DNA from: a virus
Lineage: Duplodnaviria > Caudoviricetes
Direction: 5' to 3' (one strand)
DNA: 53,546 nucleotides
Virus record (IMG/VR): IMGVR_UViG_3300032164_000019
Coordinates: 1-53,546 of that record
The first letter of the stretch is position 1; each line of letters opens with the position of its first letter. Below, piece by piece: positions 32,140 to 41,224 of the stretch. Position numbers and translations under genes: made by a program. The notes below the pieces were generated by a model. The model was not told where the DNA came from, made no database searches, and was given only the letters and a program-made list of their open reading frames with translations.

Positions 32140-32214
32140 TGGTGGACCGACGGAGATTTAAACTCCGATTTTCCGGGTGCAAGCCGGTGTTCCTATCAGT
32201 TAGAAGATCAGCCC
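32140..32214 (-). tRNA. tRNA-Ala(UGC), CCA encoded
   Basis: GGGCUGA/UCGGUCC acceptor with G3.U70; CCGG-CU UGC AC-CCGG; T-arm CGGAG-UUUAAAU-CUCCG; ACCA end. Confidence 0.85.
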
Positions 32215-32215
32215 A

Positions 32216-32476
32216 TTAAGTCTTTTGAAGATAATCTTTCAACTCACCGATTCCATCAGGATTTAATTTACCAACTTTTTTAGCCACTCCATCTTTCATA
32301 TGATGCCATTCTTTACCATCATAATCAATCAGGAATTGATTTTTTTTACTATCCTTATGGTCAAAGGTTACATGTTTATCTTCACCAGTTCGTTTATTAC
32401 CAAAACCTTGTGTTTTCAGTAAGGAATCTATTTCGGATTCATTACATTCTAATATTATTTGTTGTAAACGTTTCAT
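32216..32476 (-). CDS. late small protein, possible internal head protein; in-frame extension to ATG 32569 from the GC-rich cassette
   Basis: TATAAATA (32482-32489) lies 5 nt before ATG 32476 (MKRLQQIILE). Confidence 0.65.
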   Translation of the reverse strand: MKRLQQIILECNESEIDSLLKTQGFGNKRTGEDKHVTFDHKDSKKNQFLIDYDGKEWHHMKDGVAKKVGKLNPDGIGELKDYLQKT

Positions 32477-32554
32477 AAAGGTATTTATACTGCTGAAGTG
32501 GTAATCCATCGCCTCGGCGAGTTGCTTCTCCAGAGTTTCGATGCGCTCCACGAA

Positions 32555-32854
32555 ACTCGGTGTGCTCATTTTCCCTCCGCTTCCTCTCTCAGTGTTGCCG
32601 TTATGAGTTCACAGACCACCACCGATCCGGCAGGATGCGATCCGTAGGCTTATTCGCGCGTCGTCCGCACTGGTCGCGTGTAGCAAGGCGCGCTGTATCG
32701 GGGTCAGGCGCGCGAACAGTTCATCGAATAGTTCCCGCTCCGCGGCGAGTTGCTGCTTCAGGAGGATAATAGTTCTGCTACTCGGTGTGCTCATTTTCCC
32801 TCCGCTTCCTCTCTCAGTGTTGCCGTTATGAGTTCACAGACCACCACCGATCCG
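32555..32854. repeat. 75-bp identical direct repeat (32555-32629 and 32780-32854)
   Basis: ACTCGGTGTGCTCATTTTCCCTCCGC...ACCACCACCGATCCG twice, offset 225 bp, in a GC-rich patch. Confidence 0.95.
32609..32794 (-). CDS. GC-rich small hypothetical protein
   Basis: MSTPSSRTIILLKQQLAAERE..., preceded by a GGAGG RBS within the repeat. Confidence 0.5.
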   Translation of the reverse strand: MSTPSSRTIILLKQQLAAERELFDELFARLTPIQRALLHATSADDARISLRIASCRIGGGL

Positions 32855-32961
32855 TGTAGGTACGATCCGTGTAGATGTGCCAGGCGCGCCAACTCCTCAT
32901 TCGTCGGAGGAACAACGCTTTTACTCATTCTTCCCTCTGCATTACATTCTGGACAATTCAT
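32791..32961 (-). CDS. 56-aa hypothetical protein spanning the AT/GC junction
   Basis: MNCPECNAEGRMSKSVVPPTNEELARL...LREEAEGK*, ATGA-coupled to the next ORF. Confidence 0.45.
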   Translation of the reverse strand: MNCPECNAEGRMSKSVVPPTNEELARLAHLHGSYLHGSVVVCELITATLREEAEGK

Positions 32962-32980
32962 TTTCTTCTCTCATACTATG

Positions 32981-33008
32981 ATTATAACACGTTTAATGAA
33001 TATGTCAA
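32981..33008 (-). promoter_or_regulatory. sigma70 promoter
   Basis: TTGACA-16 nt-TATAAT. Confidence 0.7.
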
Positions 33009-33298
33009 TAAAATTTTTGTAAGGATATCCCATTAGCTATTTGGGCTAAAACATCTCCATGACAAGGTTTTGGATGACACCAACAACCTAAAACTTTACC
33101 TTTAAGATGAAATTTAACTAGTTTGATATAATCAGGATCCGAATTTACCATATATCTAAACGCCTTTATAGCATCTAATCTGGTTTCAACTTTATATGGA
33201 GTTTTAGAATTTATTAAATGACTATATGGATTTCCCCAAAATGAAGGACGTCCAATATAAACATCATATGGCTGCTTTTGACAATGTACGACCCACAT
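33005..33298 (-). CDS. DUF4326-like protein
   Basis: VVH...YDVYIGRPS.WGNP...LKGKVLGCWCHPKPCHGDVL; likely start ATG 33298. Confidence 0.8.
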   Translation of the reverse strand: MWVVHCQKQPYDVYIGRPSFWGNPYSHLINSKTPYKVETRLDAIKAFRYMVNSDPDYIKLVKFHLKGKVLGCWCHPKPCHGDVLAQIANGISLQKFY

Positions 33299-33755
33299 TT
33301 TTCTTTTTTCTCCTGGTATAAATGATCCAATCATCACCTATAGTATCTTCTAATTTCAGATGAACAGATTCGAATTTTTCTTTCCAATCTTTAAAAGTTT
33401 TATTATGATCGGCAATACCAAATTCCACCCATTGATAATTGTGAACCATTTCGTGGGCTAATACCGTTATAAAAATAATAAATGATGGAAAAATTTGCAT
33501 AATAGTAAGATTACAAAACCTAATACCGGTTTTGGATGTATTACCCAAACAAGATCCCCAATGGTGTTTAGTGGTTTCTATATAATTTATTTTCTGGAAT
33601 GGTTTTACTTTTCCATCAAATATTAAATCGTTCAATATACTAAAAGCTCCCCTAGTGGAACTTCTAGAGGGAGAATATGGAGCATCTTTTAATAATAAAC
33701 TAAAATCTAATACTTTTGATGTAGTCGCCAAATGTATTGAACTCCCAGTAACCAA
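33264..33755 (-). CDS. SprT-like zinc metalloprotease domain protein
   Basis: VLAHEMVH.YQW...H...F motif; start uncertain. Confidence 0.7.
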   Translation of the reverse strand: MVTGSSIHLATTSKVLDFSLLLKDAPYSPSRSSTRGAFSILNDLIFDGKVKPFQKINYIETTKHHWGSCLGNTSKTGIRFCNLTIMQIFPSFIIFITVLAHEMVHNYQWVEFGIADHNKTFKDWKEKFESVHLKLEDTIGDDWIIYTRRKKKNVGRTLSKAAI

Positions 33756-33761
33756 AAATAT

Positions 33762-34136
33762 CTATGTCTTTTCCCAATCAACATAATCATCCATTTCTGA
33801 TATTGTTATAGGTACAGCAAACTTATCCACCCAATAATCTATAATTTCCAGTCGTAAATCACAAATAAGATTCTTGTTTACATATAAATTTTCAGCAAAG
33901 GAATAAATCCAATTATTATACTCGAACCAATTTAGTACTAAATTTTCATTTAACGGGATGAAATTCACATAATCATCCACACGTATTTTACCATAAAATA
34001 TGGTAAATCCTCTTTTTACGTGTGGATGATTTGAATTCCAAGTTACCAAACACCTTTTAGTATTATAACGATATTTGCGTTTCGGCTGGCTCTGATTTTT
34101 CCAAATCCAATTCCAAAGGCGCTTCAATAGATTCAT
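33762..34136 (-). CDS. hypothetical protein
   Basis: 124-aa ORF with an AAGGA RBS. Confidence 0.55.
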   Translation of the reverse strand: MNLLKRLWNWIWKNQSQPKRKYRYNTKRCLVTWNSNHPHVKRGFTIFYGKIRVDDYVNFIPLNENLVLNWFEYNNWIYSFAENLYVNKNLICDLRLEIIDYWVDKFAVPITISEMDDYVDWEKT

Positions 34137-34782
34137 TTTTTAATTCCTTAGATTGTTTTTTTGCTAATCTTTCCTTTGCTTTCTTTCTAGCTAATCTTTC
34201 TTTTGCTCTTTTAGGAAGATTTTTAGGTTTTGGTTTTATCTCTTCAATAACCTTTTCTTTAATGATTGGTTCATCTTCTGGTTCTGGTGAAATAATCAAA
34301 TGCGGATATTTAGTTTCTTCTACTTTATCTACATTAGAAACCACTTCACGATCTGGTTGTCCCGCAAAATAGTGAGCAATATCAGGAAAAACACGCTTAA
34401 CATTATAAATTTGTATATTTGGGTATTTTGTTCTGAAACGTCCTTCTATAATATCTACAAGTAATTTCGACTCCTTCATGTATAAACTTTCCAACATGAA
34501 AAGTAAAATTTCCTTTTTCTTCTGAATAGGAATTTTTGTATTCTTTACAAAAATATACATTTTCCTGCATTCAGTATAGAGCGACATTTCTCCATATCCT
34601 TCAGGTACATCATTCATTCTAAATTCCGGAACAAGAACATCAAATTCAAATTTATCACATAATCCATACACCAAAATATTAGTTAATGCGACACTTTTAT
34701 TTTGCCATAATGTGAGTTCCAATTCGGATTCAGTTTTGCAGCCGTTTACTCTCTCTAAAATATCAGGTATTGATAATTTCAT
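34063..34782 (-). CDS. T4-like conserved hypothetical protein adjacent to RNase H, with basic tail
   Basis: L..E.RK.YIF...K.E.L...LESL...E..LL pattern; GGAG RBS. Confidence 0.6.
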   Translation of the reverse strand: MKLSIPDILERVNGCKTESELELTLWQNKSVALTNILVYGLCDKFEFDVLVPEFRMNDVPEGYGEMSLYTECRKMYIFVKNTKIPIQKKKEILLFMLESLYMKESKLLVDIIEGRFRTKYPNIQIYNVKRVFPDIAHYFAGQPDREVVSNVDKVEETKYPHLIISPEPEDEPIIKEKVIEEIKPKPKNLPKRAKERLARKKAKERLAKKQSKELKNESIEAPLELDLEKSEPAETQISL

Positions 34783-34789
34783 AATTCTC

Positions 34790-35650
34790 CTAAAATTCGT
34801 TAATATGTTCCATTAAATTTTTCATTCTATATTTAACCAAATATCCGAATATATTTCCTCTATTTGAATTAAATGGTCCATTAAACGCATCTATAATGTT
34901 CTTTTGTATTTCCTTTGGTATTTTATCTAAATCGATCAAAGTTTCATTTCTTTTAAATCCTACAAGCATTTGTGTAGTACAAAAAGCTTCTGGTTCCATG
35001 TCCACCCATACATCCAACTTATCATTTCTTAATGATGTTTGTCTTTTACCAGAAACCAAACAATCATCCGGACTTAAGAAATTTGGTATACCATCACCAA
35101 TATCACCACGCATAATATGAATTTTCTTTGTCTTTATAGGATCATCAATTGTTAAAAATGTACGATCCCTAGGTGAATATTGTTGAGTATTCGGATACTT
35201 CAATAATTGAAGAAAATCCTTATCCACCGATAATATGATATTCTTCTCAACTAAATGTTGATTTTTCGCAAGAGTTCCTATAATATCGTCTGCTTCCGCA
35301 CCAGGGACATCCAATACTTGATATGGAAGGTTATCTTCTAATTCGGTAGTAATCTTATTTAACGTATTTAGGATAAATTTCCAATCTAATCCCGAATCTT
35401 CTCTCGTCTTTTTCCTATTAGCTTTATAATAAGGAAATATCGTTTTTCTCCAGTACGTTCTATTATCCGCACAAAGTATTAATCTGCCGTATTTATAAGA
35501 AAATTTAACATTATAACCACGTAAGGAATTTAACGTCATATGACGTAAAAAATCCTCACTTATAAGATCCTTTTTCTTTTGTTTTATACTTTGGCCAAGC
35601 TGTGCAAATAAATTGGATAATAATACCGCACTCAAATCAACAAAAACCAT
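34790..35650 (-). CDS. rnh: T4-type RNase H (5'-3' exonuclease)
   Basis: YWRK..FPYYKANRK, AEADDIIG, SVDKDFLQL, GD.GDGIPN, RNE.LIDL..IP. Confidence 0.93.
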   Translation of the reverse strand: MVFVDLSAVLLSNLFAQLGQSIKQKKKDLISEDFLRHMTLNSLRGYNVKFSYKYGRLILCADNRTYWRKTIFPYYKANRKKTREDSGLDWKFILNTLNKITTELEDNLPYQVLDVPGAEADDIIGTLAKNQHLVEKNIILSVDKDFLQLLKYPNTQQYSPRDRTFLTIDDPIKTKKIHIMRGDIGDGIPNFLSPDDCLVSGKRQTSLRNDKLDVWVDMEPEAFCTTQMLVGFKRNETLIDLDKIPKEIQKNIIDAFNGPFNSNRGNIFGYLVKYRMKNLMEHINEF

Positions 35651-35823
35651 TTTTATCTCATTTCTACTACTATTTAGTGTTCTAGACGCTATTTAAACAC
35701 TCAATCCTTTGCGCGGGACACGCTCTAAAATCGTTCGTTTTGATTCGTTCGCATCTAACTAGCTTTCATCAAAAAATCGAAATAATCCTTTAAATATATA
35801 AGATCTACCTTTTGGACCCATTT

Positions 35824-35955
35824 TCATACAATTTTCCACCTACGTTTACATTTATCACAATACCAATATGATTTATCCATTGAAGGCGTAATATGTAACC
35901 AAGCGTACCAGGAATGTATAGTCCAACACCACCATTTAGCAATATGAATTCTCAT
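35824..35955 (-). CDS. 43-aa Trp/Cys-rich hypothetical protein
   Basis: MRIHIAKWWCWTIH...YCDKCKRRWKIV*, with AAGGA upstream. Confidence 0.45.
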   Translation of the reverse strand: MRIHIAKWWCWTIHSWYAWLHITPSMDKSYWYCDKCKRRWKIV

Positions 35956-35970
35956 TTAGTTATCCTTTTA

Positions 35971-36429
35971 TCAATCTGATAGGAAAATCGGAGTTTGAAT
36001 CTCTGTCGGTCCATATTGAAAACACCCCTCTTTATAATAAGTATCCAAATGTTTTTGTATGGCTTCAGAAATTGAAATTCCGGATTCTATTGAAGTTGTT
36101 CCATAACACGGTTCTCCGATAGACCTTCTATGTAACAACCTAATTAAATCCTGTGATCGGACGAGTCTGTTGACTCCAGAATCAATGGTTATATTATGAA
36201 GATTATTTGATATAGTTATCATTTTTCCTTTTGAGAATTGTTTCATTTTTTGATCGAACTCCGAAACTACCACTATATCCATAAGATATCCATAATCCGA
36301 AAAAGACCTTACCAAATAAAATTGTTTCGGTTCTTTTACTTCGATTTGTTTAAAATCCGGTTCTTTCCTTTTAAAAATTGGAAAAAATGGAGTGAATATA
36401 CTACCGAAAAACAACCTTCTATCCATCAT
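35971..36429 (-). CDS. hypothetical protein with Tat-like MDRRLFF N-terminus
   Basis: 152-aa ORF, ATGA-coupled to the upstream gene. Confidence 0.55.
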   Translation of the reverse strand: MMDRRLFFGSIFTPFFPIFKRKEPDFKQIEVKEPKQFYLVRSFSDYGYLMDIVVVSEFDQKMKQFSKGKMITISNNLHNITIDSGVNRLVRSQDLIRLLHRRSIGEPCYGTTSIESGISISEAIQKHLDTYYKEGCFQYGPTEIQTPIFLSD

Positions 36430-37574
36430 TTTGTTATCCTTAATAATATTGTATCCTTATTAATTCTAGGAGAAATATTCTGTTCCTTTTGATTAATCTT
36501 ATCCATAACATGCCTTAATGCCACTTTACCGAGTCTCATAAATTCAGGAAGAGTGATATTCGGTTTTCTAACTCGCTTACATTTCGAGGTTAAAACATCA
36601 TAATCTAAAATCTTAGTTCCTCGAACACCAAATCCCTTACTATTCTTTGCATTAAAAACTCCAAGTTTTCTGTACTTAGTGTTAAATATCCAAAGTTGAC
36701 TTGCTCCCAAAATATTCACAGGATCAATACTTCTAACAGCAAGATTTGTACCTGGAATCTTATACTCGAATAACGGCTTCAATTTCTTGGTAACAATCTC
36801 AGGTTTAATCTTTCGCTTTTTCCTAACTATTTTCGGTTCTTCCCTAACAATAGCATCAATTCCGGAAAAAAGATTATCGAAAAATGATTTAAGGTGGATT
36901 ATTTGATATTTGGATAGAGTACTCATTGTTTCTATACTCTCTTCATCCCGTTCTTCAAATGCCGCATCAATATCATCCCGTTGTCGTTCATAGCGTCGAA
37001 GAATGTTGGTTGCCATTTCCTTAGTAATATCAAATTTATTACACAAATCGGCAAAACGTAAAGAAAATGGTGTATTATTTTCTACAAATGTATCCAGCTT
37101 TTCATCAATTAACGCCATAATTTTTCTGGCATTATCATTGTAATATGTCCGAACAATTTTAACACCAGGTTTTCTTCCACGTCGAGAAACTTTTTCTTGT
37201 GTTTCTGGAACTACCAACAAAAGTTCTTCCGCTCTTTTATAAACTTTATCAATATAAGATTGGTCTAAAAGTGCTCCACGTAGTAACATCCTACATAGAG
37301 CGCCATACGTTCTAAAATTTGAATCTGAAATTTTTTCCAATAAATCTAATTTATTTTGCGGATATTCTTGAGTACGCAAATACTCTAACATCCACTTCTT
37401 TTTATGTTTATCATCAGAACAAGCATTATACCAACTTAATGCTTGCCCGACTTTATTATCCGTATCCGCGGGATCTATTTCAAAAGACCATATTGGTTCT
37501 TGACCATAGCCCCGATGCATTATTCGAGTTCTTTTATGCTTGATTTCCGATTCAGTAAGTTTTCTTCTTGCCAT
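36426..37574 (-). CDS. T4-like conserved hypothetical protein
   Basis: ALSWYN near the N-terminus; C-terminal SIDP..ILGASQLWIFNTKYRKLG...G..V.GT.I...RKP...RIN..TILLR. Confidence 0.75.
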   Translation of the reverse strand: MARRKLTESEIKHKRTRIMHRGYGQEPIWSFEIDPADTDNKVGQALSWYNACSDDKHKKKWMLEYLRTQEYPQNKLDLLEKISDSNFRTYGALCRMLLRGALLDQSYIDKVYKRAEELLLVVPETQEKVSRRGRKPGVKIVRTYYNDNARKIMALIDEKLDTFVENNTPFSLRFADLCNKFDITKEMATNILRRYERQRDDIDAAFEERDEESIETMSTLSKYQIIHLKSFFDNLFSGIDAIVREEPKIVRKKRKIKPEIVTKKLKPLFEYKIPGTNLAVRSIDPVNILGASQLWIFNTKYRKLGVFNAKNSKGFGVRGTKILDYDVLTSKCKRVRKPNITLPEFMRLGKVALRHVMDKINQKEQNISPRINKDTILLRITK

Positions 37575-37679
37575 AGGTTTTCAAGTTCTCTATCTCACAA
37601 TTATAGTATAGCATATTTTAGCATCAAAAACAATTGATAAATATTGGTGATGTTAAAAATATGATTTGAGGATAATATT

Positions 37680-37952
37680 GTGCCAATTTATGACTATAGT
37701 TGTAAAGAATGTAAGAATACCTTTGAAGAACGTCATACGATGTCCGAACGAGAAGTACCATTTAATATACCCTGCCCGAACTGTGGTAAAATGGCTGTTG
37801 AACAAATAATGTGTAGTCCCGCTATCTGCGATCCCGTGTTGATTGGAGTTAAAAAAGCACCTGCTGACTTCCAAAAATACGTTCTGGGACGAATAGCCGC
37901 ATCCGTCCCAGGTAATAAGATCAAAGATAAAATTTTTGCTAGGGATATTTAA
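37680..37952 (+). CDS. FmdB-family zinc-ribbon protein
   Basis: MPIYDYSCKEC..TFE...CPNCG; GAGG RBS; GATAAATA at 37636-37643. Confidence 0.85.
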   Translation: MPIYDYSCKECKNTFEERHTMSEREVPFNIPCPNCGKMAVEQIMCSPAICDPVLIGVKKAPADFQKYVLGRIAASVPGNKIKDKIFARDI

Positions 37953-38188
37953 GAAGCTTTAACTGCGTCCTTACGCTTTAAAGCCAATTTAAATTTATAA
38001 TCCACTTTCTTTTTTGGTCCCTTGAATTGGGGAGATTGTGATTCTGTAAATTGGTGCTTCTTTGGTACTGTAAGTTGTGGTCCTTCCAGTCCTTCCTGTG
38101 CTTGTGGTACTACATCCTCAATTTTACAATAGGGGCATCTTTTATAACCAGTAACTTTATTACAATTACTACATACTCGCATTGGCAT
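37949..38188 (-). CDS. small zinc-finger hypothetical protein
   Basis: CSNC...CPYC; GAGGA RBS. Confidence 0.6.
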   Translation of the reverse strand: MPMRVCSNCNKVTGYKRCPYCKIEDVVPQAQEGLEGPQLTVPKKHQFTESQSPQFKGPKKKVDYKFKLALKRKDAVKAS

Positions 38189-38447
38189 TTTCTTTATCCT
38201 CTATAATCACATTTTCTTCTTTAACCTCCTGCTTAAGAGGAGTGTCTTTAGGTTTCTCCTCTTTAGCAGGAGAAAATGCAAAATCGTACTTAATGAAAAA
38301 TGGTCCGGTAGTACTACTCAAAAATTCTGGAGGAACCGATACAACCTCAGTTTCTCCGTGACAAAATACCGTCCACGTCATAGTAGACCGATCAATAGTC
38401 ATCTTATCAACCGGTTTTTTGCATTTAAAACAAACTGGTAAATTCAT
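38169..38447 (-). CDS. hypothetical protein
   Basis: CFKC...CHG motifs, 92 aa. Confidence 0.6.
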   Translation of the reverse strand: MNLPVCFKCKKPVDKMTIDRSTMTWTVFCHGETEVVSVPPEFLSSTTGPFFIKYDFAFSPAKEEKPKDTPLKQEVKEENVIIEDKENANASM

Positions 38448-38449
38448 AC

Positions 38450-38752
38450 TTAATGTCCTACACTTATTCCCGTTACCTCCAACGGTAAAGTTGGTTGTTC
38501 GTTACTAGTATGCAACACCAATGAAGCCGAAATAACATTATATTCGTAGAATGAACGCCATCCACCCTTATCAATATCATAAGCTGAGATAAGTCCTTCT
38601 GGTCTAGGAGTTCCATTACCATTAGGTTTATCTTCTTCCGGAATTAAATCTTCATTAAGAGTACAAACCATAACTCTTTCTTCACCATCCAACTTTGTAA
38701 ATCGAATGGTTACCTGACCAGCATGTAAAGCGTCCAACAGTTCACTTTTCAT
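38450..38752 (-). CDS. WYL_2/Sm-like SH3-fold protein
   Basis: V.IRFTK.DGEERVM.CTL...YDIDKGGWRSF; start ATG 38752 with AGGAG RBS. Confidence 0.75.
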   Translation of the reverse strand: MKSELLDALHAGQVTIRFTKLDGEERVMVCTLNEDLIPEEDKPNGNGTPRPEGLISAYDIDKGGWRSFYEYNVISASLVLHTSNEQPTLPLEVTGISVGH

Positions 38753-39657
38753 TAGAATTCTTCTCCTGTTCCGCATCGAAACAAATTAACACCCAAAACT
38801 TCCCAACATTCTCTAATAACTTGAGGCCTATCATCAAACACCGCAAAAACGTTATATTTACCTAAAATGTGATTATCATAAAGCTCACGTTTAACAACCG
38901 AATCTCGCCGTTGATCCCCATTCTCTCTCATAAACAATTCATACATATTCGGTACTATACAACACTTATTCTGTAACCATCCCACCGTAGATTCTCTAGC
39001 ACTTTCTTTTCTACCCGAAAAGAAAAATAACTTCATATCCGGAGAAAAGGTGCCCATTAAAGTGGCTACAGTGGTTAATACATATTGACAAACATCATCA
39101 TTTTCCACATTATCCGAATACATGCTACGATCTTTAGCTATAGCTAAAGTACCATCCAAATCACAAATAATACAATAAGGTAATGTTGAATCTATAACAG
39201 GTTTTACATCATCCTTCTTCAAAAATTGCTTATACATCCCTAAGATAACCTTCGCACCTACAGGTTTTGTTCTATCTTTATCTCGATCTAAACACGTTCT
39301 TAAAGGTACGTCAGTAAAAGATTTAACCTCAAATTCATATTCACAGAAATCGGGACGATAATCTCTCGCCTCATTAAACAATTTAACCAATTCTTTAAAA
39401 CGATCTCCGTGTTTAGGATGTAAATTGGTATCATCGACGATGATATTATAACCTAATTCCATTAACCTAGCGATCATAGAATCTCGCATTTCTACGATAC
39501 ATTTCTCATTATCTTTAGACCACTTACCATAGTCAACCATCTTCCGCAATTCATCCTTATTAACACGTTTATAAGTAGGATCTTTTGCTATCATTTCTTT
39601 AGCCCACGTAGATTTTCCACTTGCAGGCAAACCGTAAGTCATTATAAGTTTCTTCAT
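38752..39657 (-). CDS. pseT: polynucleotide 5'-kinase/3'-phosphatase
   Basis: GLPASGKST P-loop; HAD DLDGTLA; SGR; FDDRPQV. Confidence 0.93.
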   Translation of the reverse strand: MKKLIMTYGLPASGKSTWAKEMIAKDPTYKRVNKDELRKMVDYGKWSKDNEKCIVEMRDSMIARLMELGYNIIVDDTNLHPKHGDRFKELVKLFNEARDYRPDFCEYEFEVKSFTDVPLRTCLDRDKDRTKPVGAKVILGMYKQFLKKDDVKPVIDSTLPYCIICDLDGTLAIAKDRSMYSDNVENDDVCQYVLTTVATLMGTFSPDMKLFFFSGRKESARESTVGWLQNKCCIVPNMYELFMRENGDQRRDSVVKRELYDNHILGKYNVFAVFDDRPQVIRECWEVLGVNLFRCGTGEEF

Positions 39658-39665
39658 ATGCTCTC

Positions 39666-39695
39666 ATTATAGCATCTTTTTATAGAACTTGTCAA
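39666..39695 (-). promoter_or_regulatory. sigma70 promoter for pseT
   Basis: TTGACA-18 nt-TATAAT; 8 nt to the ATG. Confidence 0.7.
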
Positions 39696-40335
39696 CTTCC
39701 TTTTTAAAATCTCTTATGTGGTTTCCGGGGTTATCTACAAAAACTTGAGTTGATAAATCCTGTTCGCCCGCGATTAATATAACAATTTGTTTTGGTAATA
39801 ACTCAGTCATTTCATGGTACATAAATGCATATGCGGATGTTTGCATAAAATAGCTTTTTATCCATTCCAATTTCTTAGATCTCTTTGAAGTTTTGAAATC
39901 TATAATGGATAATTTACCATCATATTCACCAATTACATCTACGCGGCCAGCTACTTTTAATGTATTAGAAAATAACGTGGTTTCCATCAAATGTATGTTA
40001 TCGATAAGTTCTAATTTAGGTCGCAAATTTTGAAACATTATCTTGACCATAGGAGGATATTCTTCGATATTATCCAATTTATCCGTTAACAAGTAACTTT
40101 CTATAAGGTTATGAAACTTAGTTCCTCTGTCTAAGGCATAATCTCCTTCTTTTTTAGCAGCAACTTCACCTACACGTTTAATCCACTTATCAATACCTTC
40201 TTTATTATAATCTTTTAGGACTGTGGTAACACTTGGAAATTTTTTACCATCCGGAGTTTCGTAAAAACGTCCGCATTCATTATAAATTTCTTTTAAAGTT
40301 GGTGTTTGTTGGGTACGTATAAAGGATTTAAGCAT
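39667..40335 (-). CDS. PD-(D/E)XK exonuclease
   Basis: RFYETPDG..FPSVTTVL, RGT.FH, AGRVD...IIDFKTS, Q..AY. Confidence 0.85.
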   Translation of the reverse strand: MLKSFIRTQQTPTLKEIYNECGRFYETPDGKKFPSVTTVLKDYNKEGIDKWIKRVGEVAAKKEGDYALDRGTKFHNLIESYLLTDKLDNIEEYPPMVKIMFQNLRPKLELIDNIHLMETTLFSNTLKVAGRVDVIGEYDGKLSIIDFKTSKRSKKLEWIKSYFMQTSAYAFMYHEMTELLPKQIVILIAGEQDLSTQVFVDNPGNHIRDFKKEVDKFYKKML

Positions 40336-40490
40336 GAAAATAATTCGGCAGCTATATTATCAATAGTATCTCGTTTAAAATCTATTCCACAGGAACATGA
40401 CATTTCACCATTTTCACCAAAAAGCTCATGCGAATCACTATGAAAAAGCCATATTAATTTTCTTAATTCTAAATTTTCTGATATGTCCAT
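40293..40490 (-). CDS. hypothetical protein
   Basis: 65-aa ORF filling the operon gap. Confidence 0.5.
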   Translation of the reverse strand: MDISENLELRKLIWLFHSDSHELFGENGEMSCSCGIDFKRDTIDNIAAELFSCLNPLYVPNKHQL

Positions 40491-40492
40491 AC

Positions 40493-40810
40493 TTATGGCC
40501 TCTGATCAAACTCAACATGTATATGGGTTTCTTCCAACAACACGTCCCATTGATAACCTAATGAGGATCTTAATCCCGGTACAAACGTCTTGGATAACCA
40601 ATCCTTAGATACTCCGATAGGTGTGATAGGCAGCCTACAATCAAATGCCAAACCACTATAATGAAATGAATTTGGCATGTGGGTGCCATCTTTCACTGAA
40701 GTAACAGTTAGCTCATTGCTAGTCGATTTATAATATCCATCAACTATGAGCATCCCGATTACAGTTTCAGGACGCACATCATGTATATCTACTCCTAGTT
40801 TAATTTTCAT
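40493..40810 (-). CDS. zinc peptidase (M15/LAS fold), putative endolysin
   Basis: TS..DG.H...S.HY.GLAFD.R...HIHVE motif. Confidence 0.75.
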   Translation of the reverse strand: MKIKLGVDIHDVRPETVIGMLIVDGYYKSTSNELTVTSVKDGTHMPNSFHYSGLAFDCRLPITPIGVSKDWLSKTFVPGLRSSLGYQWDVLLEETHIHVEFDQRP

Positions 40811-40823
40811 CTTTATCCTTTAA

Positions 40824-40847
40824 AGGCGGGACTATAAAGTCCCGCCT
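40824..40847 (-). terminator. GC-rich hairpin, probable weak intrinsic terminator
   Basis: AGGCGGGACT-TTAT-AGTCCCGCCT, followed by only a short T run. Confidence 0.6.
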
Positions 40848-40880
40848 ATCCCTATCACAAATCTTCAATATAACTCCAGT

Positions 40881-41204
40881 TTACGGTGTTGGTGGTACTA
40901 CCGGTTGTACTACTGAATTATCTAAAACTGTTAATGATGCTAAACTATTTCCAAGTTTAACGGTTAAAGCATCAAGTTTTGACTGCAATGTCGGATCAAT
41001 TTGCCCAGTTAATGCCGCAATTTCTGCCTTTAATGTCGCATAGTCGGCAGCAAGTTCCGGAACAATAACAGCAATAGCATCCACTTTTGCTTGTAAGTCT
41101 GCTAAATTAACCCCCATGTCGTTGATCTCCTTTTTTAAAATATTAATAATATCGGGTAAGCTCAACCAAAAATTCAATCCTGTTGGTATTGCAGGTTTAC
41201 TCAT
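40881..41204 (-). CDS. late coiled-coil protein; second in-frame start at 41117
   Basis: CATAAATA at 41222-41229; AGGTAGGT before ATG 41204 and AAGGAG before ATG 41117. Confidence 0.6.
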   Translation of the reverse strand: MSKPAIPTGLNFWLSLPDIINILKKEINDMGVNLADLQAKVDAIAVIVPELAADYATLKAEIAALTGQIDPTLQSKLDALTVKLGNSLASLTVLDNSVVQPVVPPTP

Positions 41205-41224
41205 AAACACCTACCTATAAGTAT

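Noticed and set aside
32555-32854. CRISPR mini-array or DGR template/variable repeat
   Set aside because: Only two 75-bp copies, identical with no adenine-biased mismatches; no cas or reverse transcriptase gene in the window.
35680-35760. Slightly GC-richer intergenic tract upstream of rnh
   Set aside because: No convincing stem or repeat; only a late-promoter-like ACTAAATA nearby at 35671-35678.
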